From contig DATDSO010000004.1 in NCBI GenBank assembly GCA_035291225.1, positions 490,765 through 554,764 on the forward strand: 64,000 nt of DNA. Direction: 5' to 3'. This DNA is from an archaeon. GTDB lineage: Archaea; Aenigmatarchaeota; Aenigmatarchaeia; Aenigmatarchaeales; JACQIB01. Position numbers and translations under genes: made by a program. Within the stretch, counting starts at the first letter, position 1, and each line of letters starts with the position of its first letter. Shown here piece by piece: positions 17,431-28,000 of this stretch. The notes below the pieces were generated by a model. The model did not search any database and was not told the DNA's origin. It saw only the letters and a program-made list of their open reading frames with translations.

Positions 17431-20400
17431 ATGAGTAATGCCTCTGTGGAAAGAAACATCGCCCCAGAAATTTTGCATGAAGCAGCCAGAGAAGCTGGAT
17501 ATTCTCTCGAACAGAGAGATGGGAGATATATTTTGAAAGGAGCAGGAAGAGTTGGAAGCGAAGTTTATCAAAGAAAAGTAGAAGAAGTAATGGCAAATGT
17601 TTCTGATGCTCTTGCAGATAAAGGAGTTTGGAATTCTCCTCAGGCTCATGAAACCTTGGAAACTCTTTCGCATTCTTTTCGCGGGTTTGATCCTGATTCT
17701 CCTGATAATGGAAATTATGGAAGCGAAAGCCACGAAACAAAATGGGGTTTTCCGAGTTTAGTTGCCGGCTTGTTTGGGGCGGCCGCAATTACTGGAGTTG
17801 CTTACGGGCTCGCAAAAGAATTTGCTCCGCATCTGCCGGATTTAGGACATTTAAGTTTTACAATGGGGGCGAGCGGAGAGTCAGCAAGAAGCTATCAGTC
17901 GGGAGATATTCATGATTACCCTGATATGGTTTCTAATTTAGAAAAATTTAAAACAGATTCTCAGGCTGCGATCGCAGATGCAAGCTTGGACCAAACAGAT
18001 GTTCAAAATTTGCATTCGGATATTTCTGATGTTAATGCAGGAATGCAAATTGTTTTTTCTCCAATTAACAATTCTGATTTTAATCAGACTGCGAAACAGA
18101 TTAGAGGCGATATGGAGAAGTTGCAAACACCCAACGAAGGAGACCCCATACCGCTTGTGATCGATCCTGAAAAGAACGCAGCATTCCAATCTCTCAAAAC
18201 AAATCTCTTTCCAAAAGTTAACCAAACTTTAATAGACTGGAAAATCACAAACCGTGGAATTGAGCATCTAAATTATCCTGACAACGGAACTGCCGCGGGC
18301 CAGATGATGAGTAGCCTGCTTTCGGAAATTTCTCAGGACTATGGATTTTACAGGCAAGTTGAACAAACTCAAAAAACAATAACAGGAATTTCTGATTTGG
18401 GAAAAGATGACGCGCATACAGATTTGCCGCTGAAAGAATTTCTGAGAAAACTTTACACAGACACGCAGGAAATCCAAACTTGGCTGAATCCTAATGACCA
18501 ATCGCAGAGAGCAAAGAGCAATCAGATAGATAAATACTTCTCCCCATTTGTCGCGCCGTCGCAAGCAAATAAATATGCGCAATTTTTTGAAACAACTGCC
18601 CAAGTCTTGAACAGCGCTTTGAGATTAATAGAAACTCCTGATGAAAATGTTCCGTATCCTGAAATGGATTTGACTCCGCCGCACATTATTTCAATAGAAG
18701 GATTGCTGGAAATCGAAGCAGGGACAGTTTGGAATGGAAGAATTTTTGCAGATGACCCCGGTCCGATAAGAACTGCAGGAGTTGATTATTTCAGTATTTC
18801 TGTTTTAAAACCTGACATCAGAACAGATTCTTTGAATGTCAGCGCAAACGGAATTTTCAATTATACCCCAGATTTGGCTGGAGATTATTTGTTTTCTATT
18901 TTCCCAACAGATAAATCTGGAAACAGAGCTTCAAATAATTTTGATTGGAACTTTTCTGCTTGGAAAGACAAAAAAGCTCCAACAGTTTCGGTGAAAAATG
19001 ATTTCAGAAAAAGTTTGTATGAGAACGAAACCCAGTGGATAAATTTCACAGCTTCAGATGACAGAACTGGGATAAGTGAAATCAAAGTTTTGTTTGGCGG
19101 AAATTATTACAATGCTACACCAACAGGTGGAATTAATTATCAGGCAAAATTCAAAATTGGAGCGCCGGGGAATAAAACTGCGCAGATTTTCGCAAGAGAT
19201 GGAAGGAATAATACAGCAAACGCTTCTATAAATTTTTCTGTTTTGGAAATCCCAGACACAATACCGCCTAAAATTTTCGAACTGCAGGGAGTTTCTGAAG
19301 GGCAAATTCTTGCGCCGGGAAATGTCACAATTACTGCAGGTGCGCGCGATAACATAATAGATAGCCAGAGGGGAAACAAGCCGCTCGACAACGTGGAATT
19401 TATTTTAGATGGAAAGGTTTATGCTGGGGAGCATATGCTTGATGACTGCACATTATCTATCTGCAATGAAGTTTGGATGTTAAGGACAAATCTTGGCGAG
19501 GGAAAACACACCATTTCTGCCCGCGCATATGATTTGGCTGGAAATGTCGGCGTAGATTATCCTACAATTAACTTCACTGCTAAAGAGCCTGTGCCGGATA
19601 ATAAAAATGTCCGTTCTGATGGAAGCCCGAGTCCGTTGCCATTTGTCGCCCTCGGAGCTTTGGGTGCAGTTGGGGGCGGATTATATCTCGGCATGAGAGA
19701 TGGGGTTGGAATAGAAAGAGTAGTTTATGTTCATAATGATGGAAGAATGATAAAAAGAAGGAAATGGGTTGATACTTCTGGAACAGATGAGGAAATAGAA
19801 ATGGGAATGATTAGCGCCGTGGGCACATTTATCAGAGATGCTTACGGCGGCGCAACAAGAAAGCATCAAATAAGCATACCTCTAAAAGATGGTCGGCTAC
19901 ACAACACAAATCTGCTTTTTGCGCGCGGAAGAGATTCTACATTAGTTGCAAGTGTTTCTGGAAGTGATGGCGAAAATGTTGTCAGAAGAATGGAAAAGGC
20001 AATCTATCCTTTGGAAGAAAATTTCAAGCCCGCTGAATGGGATGGAGATATAAATCCTGGCAGAACAGCGATGGTTGATCCATTTTTAGAGGGGATAAAA
20101 TCTCCTACAGTTCCTGATAGATTCTCAGTACTTTGGGATAGAATTTCTGGAAGGAATAGTTATAGAGCAGGAAAGCCAAGAGGAACAGTTGTCCTGACGC
20201 CAGCGAGAAGAGGACCATCCCAGAGGGAAATTGAATTGGCGCAACAGCTTGCGGCAATGCAGCAACAACTCGCAGCAGCAGAACAATCTGCTGGCGAGGC
20301 AATGATATTGAGAAGCCAGCTTGCGCAGAAAGAAGAGCAGTTGAGATGGTTTGAAAGCGAAGTTTTCAGATTAAATTCGGTTGCGCAGGATATAAGCAGG

Positions 20401-20529
20401 CCGCAGGAAGAGAGAGATGATGCAGGAGCTAGCGCAGCAAGACTTGGAGAGGAACTTAGAAGGACACGCAGCCTTATGGAGAAATTGGCGCAATCAGATG
20501 TGGGGGCAACCGAGACGGAGCAGAAATAA
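17431..20529 (+). CDS. Large membrane-anchored protein: Ig-like repeats, TM helix, cytoplasmic longin/roadblock-like domain, coiled coil
   Basis: DxTPP...ARDxxGN Ig-like units; TM at PLPFVALGALGAVGGGLYL; IERVVYVHNDGRMI...GMISAVGTFIRDAY...EWDGD. Confidence 0.7.
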   Translation: MSNASVERNIAPEILHEAAREAGYSLEQRDGRYILKGAGRVGSEVYQRKVEEVMANVSDALADKGVWNSPQAHETLETLSHSFRGFDPDSPDNGNYGSESHETKWGFPSLVAGLFGAAAITGVAYGLAKEFAPHLPDLGHLSFTMGASGESARSYQSGDIHDYPDMVSNLEKFKTDSQAAIADASLDQTDVQNLHSDISDVNAGMQIVFSPINNSDFNQTAKQIRGDMEKLQTPNEGDPIPLVIDPEKNAAFQSLKTNLFPKVNQTLIDWKITNRGIEHLNYPDNGTAAGQMMSSLLSEISQDYGFYRQVEQTQKTITGISDLGKDDAHTDLPLKEFLRKLYTDTQEIQTWLNPNDQSQRAKSNQIDKYFSPFVAPSQANKYAQFFETTAQVLNSALRLIETPDENVPYPEMDLTPPHIISIEGLLEIEAGTVWNGRIFADDPGPIRTAGVDYFSISVLKPDIRTDSLNVSANGIFNYTPDLAGDYLFSIFPTDKSGNRASNNFDWNFSAWKDKKAPTVSVKNDFRKSLYENETQWINFTASDDRTGISEIKVLFGGNYYNATPTGGINYQAKFKIGAPGNKTAQIFARDGRNNTANASINFSVLEIPDTIPPKIFELQGVSEGQILAPGNVTITAGARDNIIDSQRGNKPLDNVEFILDGKVYAGEHMLDDCTLSICNEVWMLRTNLGEGKHTISARAYDLAGNVGVDYPTINFTAKEPVPDNKNVRSDGSPSPLPFVALGALGAVGGGLYLGMRDGVGIERVVYVHNDGRMIKRRKWVDTSGTDEEIEMGMISAVGTFIRDAYGGATRKHQISIPLKDGRLHNTNLLFARGRDSTLVASVSGSDGENVVRRMEKAIYPLEENFKPAEWDGDINPGRTAMVDPFLEGIKSPTVPDRFSVLWDRISGRNSYRAGKPRGTVVLTPARRGPSQREIELAQQLAAMQQQLAAAEQSAGEAMILRSQLAQKEEQLRWFESEVFRLNSVAQDISRPQEERDDAGASAARLGEELRRTRSLMEKLAQSDVGATETEQK

Positions 20530-20562
20530 AAACTTTTTAAATTGCCGCATGGAAACTGATTC

Positions 20563-21774
20563 ATGAAACAGAATGAAAACAGCAGGCTTTCTGCAAAAAA
20601 ATTTCCGATTCCGCTAATTTCTTTTCTGGCGGGAATTCTTTTCATCGCGATTTCATCTGCAGGATTTTCATCTTATCAGTCTCCGAATTATAGCGGAGAG
20701 TTTTCTTCGGGATATTTTGATTCTCCAAAGAATTCAAATTATAGCTTGCAAATAAGGACAGGAGATTCTTTAACCGGAGTTGCGGCAAATTCAAATTACA
20801 CCCTAAGTCTGGGAAGCATTTATTCTTTTTCTGAGGATTTGGCTCCACAGTTTTCTAATATTTCTCAAAGCTCAAGCACGCCAAAAGAGGGTGGACAAGT
20901 TATTTTGTCAGCATATTTTTCAGATGATAAGGGCCTAGCCGGAGCAATAATTTCTACTAATGAGAGCGGCACATTTGTTAATGAAAGTATTCAAATTTCC
21001 GGATTAGAAAAGCAGACTGATTACGTTTGGAATAAGCAAACTAAAGCCGGCACAACTGTGACATGGAAATTTTTTGTTTCTGATAGTGCGGGAAATTACA
21101 ACGCCACCCCAGAAATCTCTTTTTTCGTGGGAGCAACTGATTTGAATCCTCCTCAAATATTGTCCACAGAAATTTATCCCACCCAACCTTCTGCAGGAGA
21201 ACAGGCAGGATTTATGGCAGATGTTTCAGATGATTTCGGTCTGGCTTCTGCTGTGCTGGAATTAAATGGAAAAAATGTGAGCACTGTTAATTTAGCCGGA
21301 AAAAAGTTGATTGCTGAATTTAGAGTTATTCCGGAGGGTTCTGCCGGCGACAAGTTATCATGGAAAATATTTATCCGCGACTCAACGGGAAAAGAAGTAG
21401 TTTCTGAAGCGAAAACTTTTACACTCTTAACCGCACCACCCAAAACATCGGGATCTGGAGAATGCAAAGAATCGGAAAAGCCAAAACCGCTGCCGATAGA
21501 GTGCACCGGCGGCATGAGAAAGGCTTTCGATGTTTCGTGTGATGCCATTACAGGAAAATGGGTTGTTACGGGCAGAAATGTAATTTGTACACCAGAGGAA
21601 GAGCAAAAGCAGAAAAGCGCAAATTATGTTTTGATAATTGTTGTGATTATTATTTTGGCGGTTATCGGCGGGGCAGGATATCATATTTACATCAAAAACA
21701 AAAAAGTAGAAAAAGATAAAAAAGAAGAAAAAAGTGAAAATGCCGAAAGTGAAGAAATTGAGTCTGGGGCTTAA
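20563..21774 (+). CDS. Surface protein with two Ig-like repeats and a C-terminal TM anchor
   Basis: Signal peptide, SDDxGL...STNESG...W.F..DSAGN repeats, Cys-rich segment, TM followed by a Lys-rich tail. Confidence 0.75.
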   Translation: MKQNENSRLSAKKFPIPLISFLAGILFIAISSAGFSSYQSPNYSGEFSSGYFDSPKNSNYSLQIRTGDSLTGVAANSNYTLSLGSIYSFSEDLAPQFSNISQSSSTPKEGGQVILSAYFSDDKGLAGAIISTNESGTFVNESIQISGLEKQTDYVWNKQTKAGTTVTWKFFVSDSAGNYNATPEISFFVGATDLNPPQILSTEIYPTQPSAGEQAGFMADVSDDFGLASAVLELNGKNVSTVNLAGKKLIAEFRVIPEGSAGDKLSWKIFIRDSTGKEVVSEAKTFTLLTAPPKTSGSGECKESEKPKPLPIECTGGMRKAFDVSCDAITGKWVVTGRNVICTPEEEQKQKSANYVLIIVVIIILAVIGGAGYHIYIKNKKVEKDKKEEKSENAESEEIESGA

Positions 21775-21805
21775 TCTTTTTAAAATCAGAAAGTTAGTTC
21801 TTCTA

Positions 21806-23137
21806 ATGAAAATTTTTGGATTGGTACTTTTTGTTTTCTTGGCAATGGCAATTACAGCAACCGCGCAGGCGGATTCTAGCCAGTCTCCCGCAGCGCTGAA
21901 CTACACACCCGCAGAAAATACTTTTTGGGATATGGACTCTGTTCTAGAATTTTCAGCATGCTGGAATAAACCCATAGACAAGGCGGAGTTTTGGACAAAT
22001 AATTCCGGTGCGCTGCAAAAAAATATTTCAGCAAGAATTTCTGGAAATTGCAGTTATGCGACATATAGAACGCCGAACACGACAACTTCAATACAATGGT
22101 TCCTGAATGCCAGCGATGCATTCGATCTGACAGGAAAAACAGATACCGCACTATTATTCGTAAAAGATTTGCCGCCACAGTTTTCAGAAATTTCCCAGAA
22201 TGCTACAGAGGCTAAAGTCGGCGGCGGGGTTATGGTTTCAGCCAGAATAAAAGACAAAACAGGCCTGTCATCGGTGATTTTGTCTGTAAATGATACAGGA
22301 GAATTCAGGAATGTTTCGCAGAAAAAAATCAGCGGGTTGGAATATATTGCGAGTTTTGCATATTCACTCTCCGCAGATTTAGAGCCTGAAAACACTGTTG
22401 TGTGGAAACTTTTCTCAAATGATACAAAAAATAATTTCAATACAACCAATCTTGGTTATTTCTATATTTCGGCGTGCCCTGAAACTTGCGAAGGTCAGCC
22501 TGTTGGTTCCTGCACAGAATATAGCGACTGCTCTAGTGGAAACCAGAACAAAGTTTGCTTTGCCTGCGATAAATCCACAGGATATTCATGCGAACGCAAA
22601 ATAGAAACGAAATCTTGCGAGATTACAGAAGGAAAGGATGATGCACAAAATGAAATAGCATCTGCTGAGGATCAAATAATTTCTGTAAAATCCAGTGAGC
22701 CACCCCGCAATACAAGTGCTGCGGAAGAATTTTTAAGCGAGGCAAAAAAAGCTTTCAGCGCAGGAAACTATCAGAAAGCTCTTGAGAGGACAGCTGCTGC
22801 AAAAAACGCTGCAATTTCTGCGCCGATAATTACAACAAAGGAAGAGGGCTCGGACCAGACAGGGCTTATTGTTGCTGCTGTTGTTTTAATTTTGATTATA
22901 GGCATGGCGTTTCTTTTCAGAGAGAAAATATCAGCCTCTCTGCAAAAATTCAAACCATCAGCAAAGGAAGAAAAGAAAAAAATTGAGGCCCCGCCAACTT
23001 GTGAGATATGTGGCAATCTTTCAGAAAAACTTTATGAATGCGAGGAATGTGGAAAAAAGGTTTGCTTTGACCATGCGCGCAGCTTTAAGGGGCATTCATT
23101 TTGCTCAGATTGTTTGAAGAAAAGAGGGTTAATGTAA
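21806..23137 (+). CDS. Surface protein paralog with TM anchor and cytoplasmic Zn finger
   Basis: Same Ig-like repeat; Cys-rich module; TM; tail CEIC..CEEC..CFDH..CSDC. Confidence 0.75.
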   Translation: MKIFGLVLFVFLAMAITATAQADSSQSPAALNYTPAENTFWDMDSVLEFSACWNKPIDKAEFWTNNSGALQKNISARISGNCSYATYRTPNTTTSIQWFLNASDAFDLTGKTDTALLFVKDLPPQFSEISQNATEAKVGGGVMVSARIKDKTGLSSVILSVNDTGEFRNVSQKKISGLEYIASFAYSLSADLEPENTVVWKLFSNDTKNNFNTTNLGYFYISACPETCEGQPVGSCTEYSDCSSGNQNKVCFACDKSTGYSCERKIETKSCEITEGKDDAQNEIASAEDQIISVKSSEPPRNTSAAEEFLSEAKKAFSAGNYQKALERTAAAKNAAISAPIITTKEEGSDQTGLIVAAVVLILIIGMAFLFREKISASLQKFKPSAKEEKKKIEAPPTCEICGNLSEKLYECEECGKKVCFDHARSFKGHSFCSDCLKKRGLM

Positions 23138-23177
23138 ACATATTTAAAATACAAAAAATAGATAGTTTTTGATTGGT

Positions 23178-23696
23178 ATGGCTGGATACAGAAGAGAAAC
23201 CATGACATTTGCTGTTTCGAGCATGGAAAAATTTGTGAAGACAGGAAGTATTGCCGTTTCTTCCTACGCGGGCGGCGGAGGCAAAAATTCTTACAGAAAT
23301 GTCGAAGAAGCTTCTTCTGCCATAAAAGAAGCATTGAAATCGGGAACTAATGTTGACATTGTTGCTCCAAAGGGGTCCAGCGGGGAATTATTCAGAGACA
23401 TAATAAGAAAAGATTTTCCTCAGGCAAGAATCCGCGAGGACGCTTCAATGACAGAAATTTATATAAGCGGCGTCCCAAAACCAAAAATAGTACGTGAATT
23501 TGTTTCTTCTCCCACAAGTTCACATTATAAAGCTCCTATAGTTGTTCGAGAACTTTCTTCAGAAGAACCTTCTAGAGGGCACAGAGCTCCTGTAATTGTT
23601 TCTGCAGAAGAACCCGGTGTTTTAGATTCTATAGCAAAAACTTTCAGAGATTTGGACGCAGCTTACAGAAAAGGAAGAGCCCCCGCAAGAGCTTAA
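23178..23696 (+). CDS. Hypothetical protein
   Basis: ORF with its own TTTAAA element; short internal repeat (H.AP.)IVREF/VVREL. Confidence 0.55.
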   Translation: MAGYRRETMTFAVSSMEKFVKTGSIAVSSYAGGGGKNSYRNVEEASSAIKEALKSGTNVDIVAPKGSSGELFRDIIRKDFPQARIREDASMTEIYISGVPKPKIVREFVSSPTSSHYKAPIVVRELSSEEPSRGHRAPVIVSAEEPGVLDSIAKTFRDLDAAYRKGRAPARA

Positions 23697-23727
23697 CAAA
23701 TATAAACAGACTCTGAGAAATAATCTT

Positions 23728-24996
23728 ATGCCACTTGAAGAAATTATTGTTGGGCGCGAGCCTTCTGATGTTGATAAATACGGAAAGGCCGGATGCGTTT
23801 TTCTCGGAAAGCATGTTGTTGGCACGGGCTTTGACACGCATATGGCGAATCCAGTTTTGCTTGATGTTGTTCGGCCGCATATTTATCTGATTGTTGGAAA
23901 AAGAGGGAGTGGAAAATCTTATTCGGGAGCGATAATTTCTGAGGAGATTATGAAACTACCGGATGAAGTGAAGCAAAATCTTTCTGTGCTTATGGTTGAT
24001 ATAATGGGTATTTTTTGGAGCATGAAAAATTCGAATGAAAGAGATTTGCTCTTGCTGAAAAGCTGGGGGCTTGATCCCAGAGGGTTTTCGATAGAAAGCG
24101 TTGTGCCAATCGGTTTGGAGGATTTATACAAAACTTCTGGCGTGCCTTACGATTCAACATTTTCAGTCAGGCCGTCTGAACTTTCTATTGGCGACTGGCT
24201 CACCACATTTGATCTTAACCTTTTTAGCCCGCTGGGAATTTTGCTTGACAGAATAATAAAAAAATTTTCAGATACAAATTTTTCCATAGAAAATATTGTT
24301 GATATGATAGGGAGAGATGAGCGCGCAGAAGAAAAGGAGAAGCTAGCTCTTCAGAACAGATTTTTGTCTGCGAAAGAATGGGGGATTTTTTCTGACAAAG
24401 CAACGCCTATAGAAAATTTTCTTAAGCCGGGGATTACAGTTGTTTTAGATGTGAGTCTGATGGAATGGTCTGTCAGAAATCTTGCTCTAGGAATTCTGGC
24501 AAGAAAAATTTACGCATCGAGGACTGCAGCACGCCGCGAGGAGGAGGCTTCCATAATTGCAGGCGAGGAAACAAAAAAAGTTCCCATGAGCTGGATAATA
24601 ATCGATGAAGCGCATAACTTTATCCCTTCTGACGGAAAAACTTCTGCAACCGAGCCAATGCTGACTTTAATCAGGCAGGGGAGACAGCCGGGAATTTCTC
24701 TTGTGCTAATTACGCAACGTCCGAACAAACTGCATGAAGATGCGATTTCCCAGAGTGATCTGATACTTGCTCACAGGCTAACTGCAAAGCCAGATTTGGA
24801 TGCACTTTCTTCTGTAATGCAAACCTACCTTCTGGAGGACATAAAGAAAAGCATCGCGGATATGCCGAAAACCAAAGGGGCTGCGGTTGTGCTTGATGAT
24901 AATTCTGAAAGGCTATTTTCAATACAAGTCAGGCCAAGGCAGAGCTGGCACGCCGGCGGCTCTCCGATTGCGCTAAAAGAGAAAAAGCAGTTCTGA
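23728..24996 (+). CDS. HerA/FtsK-like (DUF87) P-loop ATPase
   Basis: GKRGSGKS Walker A, IIDEAHNF Walker B, RQGRQPGISLVLITQRP. Confidence 0.88.
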   Translation: MPLEEIIVGREPSDVDKYGKAGCVFLGKHVVGTGFDTHMANPVLLDVVRPHIYLIVGKRGSGKSYSGAIISEEIMKLPDEVKQNLSVLMVDIMGIFWSMKNSNERDLLLLKSWGLDPRGFSIESVVPIGLEDLYKTSGVPYDSTFSVRPSELSIGDWLTTFDLNLFSPLGILLDRIIKKFSDTNFSIENIVDMIGRDERAEEKEKLALQNRFLSAKEWGIFSDKATPIENFLKPGITVVLDVSLMEWSVRNLALGILARKIYASRTAARREEEASIIAGEETKKVPMSWIIIDEAHNFIPSDGKTSATEPMLTLIRQGRQPGISLVLITQRPNKLHEDAISQSDLILAHRLTAKPDLDALSSVMQTYLLEDIKKSIADMPKTKGAAVVLDDNSERLFSIQVRPRQSWHAGGSPIALKEKKQF

Positions 24997-25020
24997 TTAT
25001 TTTTATATCGAATATAAATT

Positions 25021-28000
25021 TCATTCTGAGTTTGTGTGAGGCACTCTCCAAGGGCGCGGACTAACCGAAGAAATTATTTGCCTGCGATAGGTGAGAATTA
25101 AAATCAATACAACCACACCACCGATTATTAAAACAAGAGTTCCAAAATCAATCGGGGGAGATTCTTTCCCGCTTTCTTGTGTTATTTTCCCGCTTTCTAC
25201 TCTAGGAACAATCTTTCTGATATTAGATGTTGTAATTTTTGGGGCTGTCGGGGGAGTTGCGCCCGTTGGTGCTTCCTTTAGGCTGACGGTAAAACTTTTT
25301 GTTTCTGTTTTCACTTCATTTCCATTCGAATCCTTCACAACCAAGTACCACCCAATATTCCCTTCAATAAGATTTTCATTTTTCCATTCGAATGCTGTTG
25401 AAGCTTCTAGACCATTAAGATTTTGAGATGCATAGAATTTGAAATCAGCATCAACAGGTTCTTTTATGTAGATGGTCGCTGATTCGAGTTCTATATCATC
25501 GCGCCCTTTGAATCTCAAAAAGTTAGACCAGCTTTTGTAAATTTCATCTGCCGACTGTCCCAACTCGAGAATTTCTGGCGCTGCGATGTCTTCCCCTACT
25601 CCTATTTCAGGATCTGATTCACCCACATTTCCAAATACATCTTCAACTTTCATCTGCCAAGTTATATTTTTTTCAGATATCTTCGGCATTTTTTGCTCGA
25701 AGTTCACCCAGCCTTCTGTGATGGGTTTTTCAAAAACAAATGTCTGAACTTTATGCAGTCCCGAACCAAAATCCATCCAAAATTCTGCTTTTTTCAATGG
25801 GCTGTCATCTTTCCAGTATTTTGAGAAAACAATATTCTGATTTGGTTTTGCTTTTTGTGGCGAGCGGTTTTCTGTCCATTGAGGAGGATTCATCACACGA
25901 ACTTTCTGATTTTTCAATGCCCGATTTCCAGCAGAATCGACTGCCGTGAACGTGAAAAGCAGTTCGGAATTTTCTTTCAGGTTAGAATCAGTAACATATT
26001 CAACTATATCACAATCTTCGGTGCCGCTGCTTGTTGTAAGGTTTATGTCTTTTGAGAAGAGTCTGCTGCCGCCGACAAGAGCTTCAATTTTAGAAGTCGC
26101 TGAAGCGCGATTCCAATCACTTACGCAAATTTTAATTTTAAGCGCCTGTGAGGATGAAACCTTTTCAGGCAGGCCTTCAAATCTTATTATAGGAGATTCG
26201 GAATCTTTTACTTTAAAATACTTTTCATCCGTCTCGATGGAATTTCCAGACGCATCCCATGCTTTTATTTTCCATGAAACAATATCGCCTGGCATAAGGT
26301 TTTCTTCGGCCGAGGGTTTTGGTAAAGTTATTTCAAAATCCGCTGCTTCAAGTGAACCCGATGGAGTGGTCCCAGACAGAAGTTTCAGGGTTCCATCAGA
26401 AGTTGTTGCATTAAGTTTTAACATGGCTGCTACAAGAGCGCCGCAATCTGAATTCGGTTCTGTATAATTGTTTTTGAAACTCGCTGAAAAAGAGATTTTA
26501 TCGCCCGGATTATATTCTGCTGCATTCGTTGAAGTTAGGTCCAGATAACTTATAGATTTCCTTTCTGCACAGGACGGCTTTACATTAAATGTTCCTGAGT
26601 AATCGGTCTGTATTGTGTTTCCTTCTTTATCAGAAAGATATAATTTCCATTCGAATTCTGTCTGTCCGGAAAGCTTTTGCGAGTACCATGAAGCCGGAAT
26701 TTCCAAAGGAAAATTCCAAACTTTTTTTCTTATGAGATTAAAAGATTGGACATCTTCAAAGTTTCCCCCGATTTTTCTTGCCTGAATTTTCACTAATCCC
26801 AATTCAACATTGTCCGATGCTGTGAGAAAGACAGAAAAGTTCGCTCCATCAAAAATTATTTTTCTTACACTGTCTATTTTTTCAACGCGCGGCGGTTCAA
26901 AATCTTTCACAATTATCGAACCGTAGATAGGAACGTTTGCGAAATTTCCATCATTATCTTCTGCAGAAATATACCAAATTACTTTGGAATTGCTTTTTGC
27001 ATCAGCTGGAATCTGGACTGCGAATTCGATTACCTGCTGCGGGTTGTTGTTTTGCAATGAAAATGGAGTTCCGTCGCTTTCTTTTTCAGTTCCATCTTGT
27101 TTTACATAATCAGCATAAAATCTGATTTTTTTCAGTGACAGGTTGTCAAAGCATTTTGTGTGAACAATGACCTTCTCTCCGCGCCCCGCCTTTACAGGAG
27201 CGCTATTTATATCGCCTTCGGTGTTGTAGTAGATGGAGCAGGTTGGCGGCTGCACATCTTTGACTCTAAATTCAGTTTCAAACTTCTCGAAATGTCCAGC
27301 AAAGTCTTTAACAAAAACTTTATATGTGAAATTTTGTTCCTGTTGGTCACCTCCGAAAACTTTTTGCCTGCAATCTCTTCCGCAGGAAAATTCCCCATCA
27401 AAGATATTTGTACCAATAGGTTTTTGACTTCCGATTTTTGATATGGATTCTTCCAAGCTTCCAGAAACAACAAAGACTTCAATAGAGCCCAACTGACCTA
27501 TCAAATCTCCCTCTGTTTTATAATCATCTTCACAGGAAATGCGGAGTGTGGCTGGATCGTTTGGGGTAACGCTGTTTGATTCACCGCGGCCAACTGAAAG
27601 GACGCAACGTGGTGGTTTTGTATCTGTGTCTGCAGGTTTGCCTACGATTGAAACATTAGTTTCATAAGAGTTTTTTTTGCCTGCGGTATTTGAAGCAGAA
27701 ATTTTGAATTTGAGATCTTTGCCTACATCGGAGCTCCTTGTTTTGCAGTTCTTGAATTCAACATTGTAGAGTGAAGGTTGTTTCGCTACAATCTGTGTCG
27801 AGCCGCATCTTTGTTCAAGATTTGCTGTTGCAACGATGGTGTCAGAATTTAGTTTTCCCACATCTTCCCGAATTGAAAATTTAACAGAAAAATCTGTATC
27901 ATACCATGCTGTTGCCGGCGCGCTTAACAAAATAATTTCAGGCGGGGTTTTATCGGCAACTGCAGGAACTGTTTCCTCAACTCTTTCCTCTTTTTTGCTT

